A DNA stretch of 64,000 bases from an uncultured Candidatus Saccharibacteria bacterium. Its GTDB lineage: Bacteria; Patescibacteriota; Saccharimonadia; Saccharimonadales; UBA10212. This document shows, piece after piece, positions 17,969 to 27,432 of this stretch. The notes under the pieces were generated by a model. It was not told the origin of the DNA. It searched no databases and saw nothing but the letters and a program-made list of their open reading frames with translations. The translations under genes and the position numbers were made by a program. The stretch covers positions 213-64,212 of the forward strand of contig CAZUXR010000001.1 of assembly GCA_964624785.1 (NCBI GenBank), read 5' to 3'. Position 1 is the stretch's first letter, and each line of letters starts with the position of its first letter.

Positions 17969-18904
17969 GTGCGTATGCATGTGATTTCTATTAACCAGTT
18001 TAGCGTGGGTCAAATGGACAAGCTTTTTAAGCGAGCTGACGAAATTAGGCAAGAGCATTCTGCGGTCGCCGGTCGCGCCAAGCTGGCCAAACTCCACTAC
18101 GGCAAACAACTTTGCAGCATTTTTTACGAACCATCCACCAGAACACGAACCAGTTTTGAAACAGCCGCGCTTAAGCTGGGAATGGGCGTGGTTAGTACAG
18201 AAAACGCCCGCGAATTTTCTTCTGCCGCTAAGGGCGAAACTATCGAAGACACTTTTCAAATGTTCAATCAATACCACTTTGACGCAGTAGTGATGCGTCA
18301 TCACGAAGCCGGTGCCGCCGCCCGCGCGGCTTGCATTAGCACTGCCCCGCTCATCAATGCCGGCGACGGCAAAGGCGAACACCCCACCCAAGCCCTGCTT
18401 GATGCCTACACAATCAAACGTTGCCACGGCCGCCTAGATAATTTAAAAATTGTAATCGGCGGAGACCTTAAATACGGCCGCACCGCTCGCTCGCTCGCCC
18501 TACTGCTGTCTAATTTTAAAGACAATCACATCACCTTTGTTTCTACAAAAGCTTTTAAAATTGGTGACGACATAAAATCAGCGCTTGTTAGTTCTGGTAC
18601 ATCGTTTTCCGAAACCGACAGCATGGCAGATGCGTTCAAGAATGCCGATGTAGTCTACTGGACCAGGCTGCAAAAAGAGCGACTAGAAGACGGTGAACAA
18701 GACCCAGGCAACGGATTTATTATTGATACTAACGCTCTAAAGCTTATGCCAAAAAACACAATAATTATGCACCCATTGCCCCGCGTGGACGAAATTACCC
18801 CAGAGGTAGACAGCGACCCGCGAGCAAAATACTTTGAACAAGCCGGCAACGGCCTCTGGCTAAGAATGGCGCTTTTAGATATGCTTTTGACTAACAAATT
18901 ATGA
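17969..18904 (+). CDS. pyrB: aspartate carbamoyltransferase catalytic subunit
   Basis: STRTR motif (EPSTRTRTSFE) and HPLPR motif (HPLPRVDEI). GGAGG SD upstream; ATG at 17975 is an alternative start. It overlaps pyrC by ATGA. Confidence 0.9.
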   Translation: MRMHVISINQFSVGQMDKLFKRADEIRQEHSAVAGRAKLAKLHYGKQLCSIFYEPSTRTRTSFETAALKLGMGVVSTENAREFSSAAKGETIEDTFQMFNQYHFDAVVMRHHEAGAAARAACISTAPLINAGDGKGEHPTQALLDAYTIKRCHGRLDNLKIVIGGDLKYGRTARSLALLLSNFKDNHITFVSTKAFKIGDDIKSALVSSGTSFSETDSMADAFKNADVVYWTRLQKERLEDGEQDPGNGFIIDTNALKLMPKNTIIMHPLPRVDEITPEVDSDPRAKYFEQAGNGLWLRMALLDMLLTNKL

Positions 18905-19950
18905 GTAAAATAATTACTCTTCCCGGCCTGATCGACATGCATGTGCATCTGCGTGACCCTGGCCAAACTCATAAAGAAGATTTTTACAGCGGCTCGTCCG
19001 CAGCGCTTGCCGGCGGGTTCACAACGGTTTTTGATATGCCAAACAACTTGCAGCCTATCACCACCGCGCAGCGATTAGATGCCAAAACTGCCAGCGCAGC
19101 CAAACAAACTGCGTGCGACATCGGCTTTTATTTTGGAACTCTGGGCGATAATTTTGATCAGTTCGCTAAAGTCGTAGATAAAGTGCAAGGGTTAAAAGTT
19201 TACCTAAATTTAACTACCGGCGGATTTATAATCAACAAAGACAAACTGACCGATATCTACAAAGCATGGCAGATTAATAAACCAATTCTTTTGCACGCCG
19301 AAGACGATGTATCTGATTTGGTTTTGTCGACTCTGCGCGCCAACCCAAAACCAACCCACATTTGCCACGTATCCAGCCGCGCAGAATTAGAATTCGTAAT
19401 GCGCGCCAAAGAAGAAGGACTTCCAATTACCTGCGGTATCACGCCGCACCATCTATTTTTAACCAACAAAGATGCCGAATTGCTTGGCGCCTATGCCCAC
19501 ATGAAGCCATATTTAAAAACCAAAGCCGAGCAAGACTTTTTATGGCAACATTTGGACGCTGTAGATGTAATCGAATCCGACCACGCTCCGCACACTAGGG
19601 ACGAAAAAGTTAGTACTGAGCCACCATTCGGTGTCCCCGGCCTAGAAACCACCCTGCCCTTAATGTTAACGGCTGAAGCCGAAGGCAAACTAAACCGCAA
19701 AAAACTTCTTGATCTGCTGCATTATTCCCCAGCTAAAATTCTTGGCTTAAAAATTGACAGGGAAACGTTTATCAAGCTCGACATGAGCGAATATCAAATT
19801 AGCAACGAGGGTTTGCAAACCAAATGCGGCTGGACACCATTTGCCGGCCGACGCGTAATCGGCAAAGTCCAATCCGCAACTATCCGCGGAGTTAGTGTCT
19901 ACAACAAAGGAAGAATCCTAGTCTCACCCGGTTCCGGAAAAGTTTTATAA
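18901..19950 (+). CDS. pyrC: dihydroorotase (short form)
   Basis: N-terminal metal-binding motif DMHVHLRDPG and a later DHAPH motif. It is coupled to pyrB. Confidence 0.85.
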   Translation: MSKIITLPGLIDMHVHLRDPGQTHKEDFYSGSSAALAGGFTTVFDMPNNLQPITTAQRLDAKTASAAKQTACDIGFYFGTLGDNFDQFAKVVDKVQGLKVYLNLTTGGFIINKDKLTDIYKAWQINKPILLHAEDDVSDLVLSTLRANPKPTHICHVSSRAELEFVMRAKEEGLPITCGITPHHLFLTNKDAELLGAYAHMKPYLKTKAEQDFLWQHLDAVDVIESDHAPHTRDEKVSTEPPFGVPGLETTLPLMLTAEAEGKLNRKKLLDLLHYSPAKILGLKIDRETFIKLDMSEYQISNEGLQTKCGWTPFAGRRVIGKVQSATIRGVSVYNKGRILVSPGSGKVL

Positions 19951-20014
19951 AATGAAGAACCCCCGACGAGGCCAGGGGCCTTCAAGTCGGGGGGTTAGTG
20001 GGGGGCCTCCTCGC

Positions 20015-20221
20015 TCAGCTGGCGGGGTGAGTCCGTCTTGCTGGCGGGTTGTCAAGCCGGTCGTGCCAGCCAGGTTCTGAAACGTCGAGCTCTTGCTCAA
20101 GCTGGCGGACCTGCGCATCATGTCTGGCAATGACTGCAGCTGCACCGTCCCAGCCGTCACTGGGATAACTATTCATCAAGTACAGCCACCCTCGGCTGTC
20201 GGACTTGACTGCGTAGTTCAT
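20015..20221 (-). CDS. hypothetical 68-aa protein in high-GC islet 3
   Basis: The ORF shows strong G/C third-position bias (aac tac gca gtc aag tcc gac agc ...). nt 20041-20100 hand count is 36/60 G+C. An overlapping alternative ORF (19945..20160) cannot be excluded. Confidence 0.35.
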   Translation of the reverse strand: MNYAVKSDSRGWLYLMNSYPSDGWDGAAAVIARHDAQVRQLEQELDVSEPGWHDRLDNPPARRTHPAS

Positions 20222-20317
20222 TGACTGGCACCGAACCTTTCTTTTTGATTTGCAATTAAACTTCTGTCCAATCTGTTAAAAATTGTAGTCTAAATCTTGA
20301 CCTTTGCAAGCATAAGC

Positions 20318-21400
20318 CTAAAGAGCAGTTTTGATCTCGGCGGCTAGGTTTGGGTTCCACATCACGCCGGTAAGCCCCATCACAAAATCGGCGCCAGCTG
20401 CGCGGTGATCGTGGAAATCTTGGGCGTTCATAACTCCTCCAACCCCAATTATTTTAAAATCATAGCCAAACTCGTCACGATGTTTTTTAAGCCTTTTTAC
20501 CATATCAATAGCCAGCGGCTTTATTGCCGCCCCACTCACTCCGGCTTGAAGACGTGAATCGCCACCAGAAAATGCCTGCTTCCCATTCATGTCTACAATA
20601 TTCTGCGGCACGGTATTTATCGCGGTAATGCCGACCACTATCGGGCCAATCCGCCTAATAAAATCATGCAAATATTTATCGTCGCTTATATAAGAAATTT
20701 TTGTAATTAATTTTAATTTAGGGTAATTTCGCATTATTTCATGTACAATCTGGCTCGTAGTTTTAAGGTCAAAACAAAGTAGATTTGAATGTCCCTCATT
20801 CGGACAGCTCAGGTTTAGTTCGATGATTTTCGCACCAACATCCATTAACTTACCGATGCCTTCAATATGATCGTTAATGAATGCGCTATGTCCGCCAGCG
20901 GCAGGAATTGTGCCTTGAAAAGCGATTAGCAACACCTGTCCTTTGCCTATTAGCCTGAGTGATTCTTTGATTTCTTGCTGCCAAACTTCCGGCTCAAAAG
21001 AAGGAATTCCAAACGAGTTAGCTATGCTAAGTGGCGGCTCGAAATCATTTTTTACTTTAATCGACCTGCTACTCATAAGGTCGATATCACTAGCATCGAG
21101 CGGGTAGACATTGGGGTGATCGTGGCATGGATATTGGTGAGAGCGAACAGTTTTAAAAGTGACAATATCAAACCCGCGATCAAGCGCCGAAGCTATAAAC
21201 TTTGCTCTTGGCAGCGGCCCAGCAGCAATGCCAAATGGCGAATAAACAGGCGTGTCAAAAAAATCACACTGGGGCTGGCCGCTATTTTTGTATTTTAGTT
21301 GTTTGTTAAAGTCGCCAAACGGACCGTATTTAAGGTTATCTGCATAGCTGTATTTAGGATCATACAGCCATGGTGGTAATATTTGTCCCATGCTTCGCAC
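20318..21400 (-). CDS. pyrD: class 1-type dihydroorotate dehydrogenase-like flavoprotein
   Basis: ELNLSCPN active-site Cys motif, FGIAAGP, and C-terminal GVGGV...GADFV FMN-binding motifs. The ATG at 21391 is an alternative start to the GTG at 21400. Confidence 0.75.
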   Translation of the reverse strand: MRSMGQILPPWLYDPKYSYADNLKYGPFGDFNKQLKYKNSGQPQCDFFDTPVYSPFGIAAGPLPRAKFIASALDRGFDIVTFKTVRSHQYPCHDHPNVYPLDASDIDLMSSRSIKVKNDFEPPLSIANSFGIPSFEPEVWQQEIKESLRLIGKGQVLLIAFQGTIPAAGGHSAFINDHIEGIGKLMDVGAKIIELNLSCPNEGHSNLLCFDLKTTSQIVHEIMRNYPKLKLITKISYISDDKYLHDFIRRIGPIVVGITAINTVPQNIVDMNGKQAFSGGDSRLQAGVSGAAIKPLAIDMVKRLKKHRDEFGYDFKIIGVGGVMNAQDFHDHRAAGADFVMGLTGVMWNPNLAAEIKTAL

Positions 21401-21454
21401 TTAGTGTAGCACGACGAGGTTAATTGTTTCCGCCTGGCCGTTTAAATCTTACGT

Positions 21455-22699
<1,245 letters not shown>

Positions 22700-22853
22700 C
22701 TAAAAATAAAGATGACCTGGACCAGAAATATGTAGAGCTCGCCGGAGGCAGAACAATACACATTTCTGGCACAGACCACGGGAACGAGCATCCTTGCTCT
22801 AGCTCCCGTGCCAGGATCAGTCTGTGTTTCAAGACGGGCGATGATTGCTGGCG

Positions 22854-23150
22854 CTACTCGACGGCAGCAAAGAACATCGTCAGTGCCGAGAGAACGGTCA
22901 GTAGCCCTCCGAACCCCCAGTAGCCGGCGATCGGCTCACTTCCGTGGCCCTGTGCCACGAAGTAACTCTGCGAATCAACGCCGAAGCCGGCGAAGACCGC
23001 GACAGCCACCAACCACAGCAGCGCCGCTGGCAAGCGCATCCACGAGTTCAACCCACCGGATTCCGCGGCGTAGATGAAGCTGAGGAGTGCTATCACTACC
23101 GGCAGCAACGCCGTAATGCACAGAAGTCCGACGCGAATACCATCCGACAT
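22854..23150 (-). CDS. hypothetical 98-aa membrane protein (3 TM) in high-GC islet 4
   Basis: Hydrophobic ORF. nt 22861-22920 hand count is 36/60 G+C. Several overlapping alternative-frame ORFs are typical of GC-rich DNA. Confidence 0.45.
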   Translation of the reverse strand: MSDGIRVGLLCITALLPVVIALLSFIYAAESGGLNSWMRLPAALLWLVAVAVFAGFGVDSQSYFVAQGHGSEPIAGYWGFGGLLTVLSALTMFFAAVE

Positions 23151-23272
23151 GGTCGCGCACCTTTCTACTCACAAGAAAACAGGATTGTTTTCTATCAACA
23201 CATACTATACACTACTTGTCAAAATTAGTCCAGTTATTACGCGTCCAAACTCAACACAGCAGTGACACTTTT

Positions 23273-23845
23273 TTATTGAGGTTTTAGTTTTTTAAAGCGG
23301 CGTTTGTCGCGATATTCCAGTTGGCGGCGGTGCTGATCGATGCGTTCGATGTAACTTTCGTATTTATTAAATAGATTTGAGTAACGAGCATTTGGAGTAA
23401 GAATTTTATGCAATTTACCACGCGCCTCTAGGTACTCTACCAGCGCAAAAAAGTCACCGTCACCAGATACAATTATGGCTTTATCGTATTCATTAATGTC
23501 TTTCATTGCCCAAAGTACCAGCTCTACGTCCACGTTGCCTTTGATTGGCTTTTTTTCTTCCGGTGGTTCGGATGGATCGGCTTCTGGACGTGGCCGCGTC
23601 ATGTCGTAAGTTGGTTTTAAAACTATGCTGTAGCCGTCTTCGTGCAGCTTTTCGTACATATCTTCGAATTCCGGAACGTACCCAATAAACATTAACGCAC
23701 GGGTTACGCCGTATTTTTCGGCCAGGAATTTATGGAACTCCCGCCAGTTCATCTTCCAGCCTAGCTTTTGTATGCTGACGTTTAGGTTCTGGCTATCTAT
23801 AAACGCGTAAATTTGCGGTTTTTGCTGTTTTTGTGGTTGCTGCAT
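23273..23845 (-). CDS. NYN-domain (LabA/DUF88-like, PIN-related) putative RNase
   Basis: IYAFIDSQNLN ... GNVDVELVLWAM ... AIIVSGDGDFFALVEYL match the NYN acidic-residue motifs. Confidence 0.8.
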   Translation of the reverse strand: MQQPQKQQKPQIYAFIDSQNLNVSIQKLGWKMNWREFHKFLAEKYGVTRALMFIGYVPEFEDMYEKLHEDGYSIVLKPTYDMTRPRPEADPSEPPEEKKPIKGNVDVELVLWAMKDINEYDKAIIVSGDGDFFALVEYLEARGKLHKILTPNARYSNLFNKYESYIERIDQHRRQLEYRDKRRFKKLKPQ

Positions 23846-23894
23846 TACTAATATAATACCAGTTTGAGAATTTTAAGATAATATCCGTAAGTTT

Positions 23895-24770
23895 TTAATA
23901 AATATTAAGCAAGATTATCCCCGCCACAACGCTAACCGCCCCTAGCCGCTTTATAAGCCCAACTCGTTCCCCATCAAAAACCGCTCCAAGCAATGAAGTT
24001 ACGAGCGGAGCGGCAGATGCAATAACCGCCGGAATCAACGCACTGCCGTTCTTTTCGGTACCATAGTAAAGCCCTACCGCTCCGATTGCTAAAGCTACAC
24101 CCGAGTACAAAGCGAGCCTGTTTTTTTGAATCCGCTTTAAGCTTTTTATAGCCTTTCTTTTTTGGACGATAATCAACAAAATCAAAGCGACTAATGCCGT
24201 AAGCGTGCCTTCTATGCCTGCGATTACTTGCCAGGTAGTTTTATCGGCAATCGTGTTAAGGAAGAATATGCCCAAACCCCAAAAGAGCGTGGCCAGTAGC
24301 GCAAAGGCCGATTCCATGTGCAATTCTTTGAATGAGAGTTTTTCGTTATTTTTTTCATAAGCCAGCAAAACTGCGCCCGCTACGATCATAACCATAAAAC
24401 CCAGTTCTAACCCGCTAAATTTTATCGTTAAAAAAATAGCGGACATCAAAATAACTATGAGAGGGTAAATGTTGGCCAAGGGTACAACGATTCCAACCTT
24501 GCCAGTTGACAGTGCTTTTATGAAACATACCCACCCCGCTACGTAAAAAAGAGCCATTAGAAAAAGGCTCAATAACACACCCTTGCCAGGTAACGACTGG
24601 CCAGACATAACGAATACAGGCAAAAGTATTGCAAAGGAAGGAATCTGAATAGCTAGGTTTGTTTCTAGTTCCTCGAACTTTTTGCTGCTCCGACTGGCCA
24701 GCCAATCGCTCAAGCCAAATAAAACAAGTGCTATCATTCCGCCCAAAGTAGCAATAAAAATCGTGTTCAC
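23895..24770 (-). CDS. EamA/DMT-superfamily transporter (10 TM)
   Basis: Two EamA-like halves. Start assigned to the GTG at 24770, which overlaps the pdaD TGA stop (GTGA). The longer ORF to 24821 would overlap pdaD by 55 nt. Confidence 0.75.
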   Translation of the reverse strand: MNTIFIATLGGMIALVLFGLSDWLASRSSKKFEELETNLAIQIPSFAILLPVFVMSGQSLPGKGVLLSLFLMALFYVAGWVCFIKALSTGKVGIVVPLANIYPLIVILMSAIFLTIKFSGLELGFMVMIVAGAVLLAYEKNNEKLSFKELHMESAFALLATLFWGLGIFFLNTIADKTTWQVIAGIEGTLTALVALILLIIVQKRKAIKSLKRIQKNRLALYSGVALAIGAVGLYYGTEKNGSALIPAVIASAAPLVTSLLGAVFDGERVGLIKRLGAVSVVAGIILLNIY

Positions 24771-25255
24771 GAGTTTGCTTTCCAGGGTTCTGATTCGAAT
24801 ACCGCAACAACTAATGCGCAAACGCCTTTGCCGTCGGTACAGGTTGTACCAGCCAGCTTCATGTGTATCGGCCCAAATTTATGCCGCCGATTTTTTGCCA
24901 GGTCCGCCAAACTATTTTTAATGTCAGCCGTAACCGCTGCTTTGGAGTAGCCTTCGTGTTCGACAAGCAACCCCTTACCATCGGTTTTGTCTTGCATCCA
25001 ACCAATGCCCGCCCAAACTTCTTTGTTGAGGTCCGATGTACGCTGTTGCGCCATAACAACATACAGCTTATCACCCCAAGTACCTTCTGGATTTATTGGC
25101 CTATCACTGACTATCACTTTACTGCCAGGCGGCAAAATCGAACTTAAGTATATCAAATTAAAATTAGCTGCCCCGGCATTGCATAAAGCCTGGTCAAAAG
25201 CGGACATTTCCGTAGAACCCTTACCTGTCGCACTGCTTAAATATATTTTCGCCAT
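24767..25255 (-). CDS. pdaD: pyruvoyl-dependent arginine decarboxylase
   Basis: 162 aa. The N-terminal region GKGSTEMSAFDQALCNAGAANFNLIYLSSILPPG carries the self-cleavage Ser-Ser context typical of PvlArgDC. Confidence 0.85.
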   Translation of the reverse strand: MAKIYLSSATGKGSTEMSAFDQALCNAGAANFNLIYLSSILPPGSKVIVSDRPINPEGTWGDKLYVVMAQQRTSDLNKEVWAGIGWMQDKTDGKGLLVEHEGYSKAAVTADIKNSLADLAKNRRHKFGPIHMKLAGTTCTDGKGVCALVVAVFESEPWKANS

Positions 25256-25286
25256 TCAAATACTCTACCCTACAGAAAGCTTCCCC

Positions 25287-26216
25287 TCAAGTTTTCGACT
25301 TATCCTTAATCGAATATTTTTTAAAGAAACTAACTGGTCTTAGACCCTTTTTATGTTTTCGCAAGCCCTCTAGACCTAAATCCATTTCGATATTAATAAA
25401 TTCTACGCCGTTGCTTACTGCTACTTTAGCTAGTTGATTGAACGCGTAGTCGAAGATATTAGATAGCGAATAATCCACCTTCAAATGATTAGCGATATAG
25501 TAATTTTTATTAGCAGATTGATGATACAAAAGCACTGCCATTAACTTCCCGCCCACATAGACGCAGAGGTTCTTCATTCCTAGCATATCGTAATTATTTA
25601 ATGTTTTTTCTATAGCTAACTTTTCTTCGAACTCCGGGTCATTTTCTGTTTTGAATTTTTCGCTCCAGCCAGCTATGGCCGCAAAGACCTCTTGTCTTGT
25701 TCTCTCATCCGACAAATTAAGCTCTTTTGTTTGCAGTTCTCTACCACCCACTTCCCGTAAGAATCGACTAATCTGCTGCCTTAATCGAGCGTGGCTGGAG
25801 CCCTTCAATTCCGCAAGTTCATGACTATTTAATACATACTCGTTGTCATCTTGTTGCTCTTCGATTTCGAATTGGTCGGGGTATTTAATTGCACTTACCA
25901 CGAATTCTGCAATATGCATTAGTTTGGCTTGCTTGTTCTGAGCCTTTAGTTCTTTGAATATGATTTTTATAGATTCGTCGATCTTGTACGTGCCAACTAA
26001 TCCCAAGCCCGAATCCTGTATTTCTAAAGGCTGGTTATAGCTAATTACCATATTGCCATTCAGATCAGAAACAGTAAGTTTATCGTCTAAATTCCACCAT
26101 ATTTGTAGCGATGCAAAAGAGATATCGGACACTCCAGGGTAGCCTGCTACGAGTTGATCGTAGTTTTGTTTATCCTCCAGCGTAAGAGGTCTAAATCTTG
26201 GGAACTCCGGAAACAT
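25287..26216 (-). CDS. DUF2156 / MprF C-terminal (aminoacyl-phosphatidylglycerol synthase-like, GNAT-fold) domain protein
   Basis: FRPLTLEDKQNYDQL...SDISFASLQIWW is the typical N-terminus of stand-alone DUF2156 proteins. Its length of 309 aa fits the family. Confidence 0.6.
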   Translation of the reverse strand: MFPEFPRFRPLTLEDKQNYDQLVAGYPGVSDISFASLQIWWNLDDKLTVSDLNGNMVISYNQPLEIQDSGLGLVGTYKIDESIKIIFKELKAQNKQAKLMHIAEFVVSAIKYPDQFEIEEQQDDNEYVLNSHELAELKGSSHARLRQQISRFLREVGGRELQTKELNLSDERTRQEVFAAIAGWSEKFKTENDPEFEEKLAIEKTLNNYDMLGMKNLCVYVGGKLMAVLLYHQSANKNYYIANHLKVDYSLSNIFDYAFNQLAKVAVSNGVEFINIEMDLGLEGLRKHKKGLRPVSFFKKYSIKDKSKT

Positions 26217-26266
26217 AGGTTTGATTATATGCTATGCGCTTTCTTTAAGCCAAACATATCTTATTA

Positions 26267-26296
26267 TTGACACGAGCATAATCAACAGATTAAAAT
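26267..26296 (+). promoter_or_regulatory. candidate sigma70-type promoter for the 26306 operon
   Basis: TTGACA (26267-72), an 18-nt spacer, then TAAAAT (26291-96), 10 nt before the GTG start. Confidence 0.35.
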
Positions 26297-26305
26297 TAGA
26301 CTTGA

Positions 26306-27133
26306 GTGAATAACTTACAAACAAAAATTATATTATTACCAGTCGCAGTTTTTTCAGCCTTTTTTCTTTGGTGGCTCAATCTTCAGCCTCTCGTTAGCGA
26401 ACAGGGCCTATCGGTACAATGGTTTGGTGGTACCTACGGTGTAATGGCCCTGCTCGGCGCAATTATTGGCCTGATTAGCGCTCATAAGTGGGGTGGCTTT
26501 AAAACTGTAATGGGCAGGGCTTTAACCTTCTTTTCCATTGGGCTCCTACTGCAAGAAGCTGGGCAGCTCATTTATACCTACTATGTTTATGGAGCACATG
26601 TTCAGATCCCCTATCCATCGCTTGGCGATGTAGCATACTTTGGCAGCACACTATCATACATTTGCGGTGCGGCGTTACTCGCAAAAGCCATGGGCGTAAA
26701 ATTCGCGCTTAAAATGAATCGTTATAAAGTTATCGCTACTCTTATCCCGGCCATTTTAATCGCGTTGTCGTATTTTATATTTTTACGAGGTCACGAGTAT
26801 GATTTCTCTAAACCACTTACCGTCTTTTTGGACTTTGGCTACCCCGTAGGTGAAGCTGTTTATATCTCTCTAGCGCTCGCTGCTTATTTAATATCCAAAA
26901 AAATGCTTGGTGGTGCCATGCGGCCCGGAATTATCTTGATTATTTTTGCCCTAGTAATACAGTACACCGCTGATTTTACATTTATTTACCAGAGTAATCG
27001 AGGTACTTACCTCTCTGGCAAATACGTAGATCTTCTTTATTTATCCGCTTACTTCACTATGACCATTGCTATGATTAAGTTCTACCTTATTTATAAGAAT
27101 CTAAAATCACCCAAAAAGGTTGTTGCGAAATGA
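26306..27133 (+). CDS. hypothetical polytopic membrane protein (about 8 TM), possible sensor module
   Basis: 275-aa hydrophobic ORF with a GTG start. Its stop overlaps the next ATG (ATGA). Confidence 0.6.
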   Translation: MNNLQTKIILLPVAVFSAFFLWWLNLQPLVSEQGLSVQWFGGTYGVMALLGAIIGLISAHKWGGFKTVMGRALTFFSIGLLLQEAGQLIYTYYVYGAHVQIPYPSLGDVAYFGSTLSYICGAALLAKAMGVKFALKMNRYKVIATLIPAILIALSYFIFLRGHEYDFSKPLTVFLDFGYPVGEAVYISLALAAYLISKKMLGGAMRPGIILIIFALVIQYTADFTFIYQSNRGTYLSGKYVDLLYLSAYFTMTIAMIKFYLIYKNLKSPKKVVAK

Positions 27134-27423
27134 ATCCGTATATGCAAATTGCTGAGAGTATAATTTCCGAGCAAGAGAATATTATTGGTCCACTGGCGAT
27201 CGAACAGGCTAAAAGCGTGGAGCATTTAGAAGTTAATTGGTCTAGTGACGAACATGAGATTACGTTTAGCGGCGATGAGCGCCAAGTGATAGATTCGTTA
27301 ATCAGGAGTTATTCGGCCGTATTTGGGCAATTGTCTGTAGAAGTTTGCAAAGAAGCCGCCAAACCCTTTCTTACTCATATGGAAAATAAACAAATACCAG
27401 GCTTATTAAAGGCTGCGGGCTAG
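27130..27423 (+). CDS. hypothetical 97-aa soluble protein coupled to the membrane protein and kinase
   Basis: ATGA overlap upstream and a 9-nt gap to the kinase gene. No recognised family. Confidence 0.55.
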   Translation: MNPYMQIAESIISEQENIIGPLAIEQAKSVEHLEVNWSSDEHEITFSGDERQVIDSLIRSYSAVFGQLSVEVCKEAAKPFLTHMENKQIPGLLKAAG

Positions 27424-27432
27424 ACGATCATC

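Noticed and set aside
17897-18427. 176-aa minus-strand ORF overlapping pyrB. Similar antisense or shadow ORFs include 12604..12912, 13237..13545, 14391..14693, 5790..6257, 50539..50913, 52981..53421, 53060..53509 and 58662..59183.
   Set aside because: They lie entirely within strongly supported CDS on the opposite strand or in another frame, and their translations are low-complexity with no motifs.
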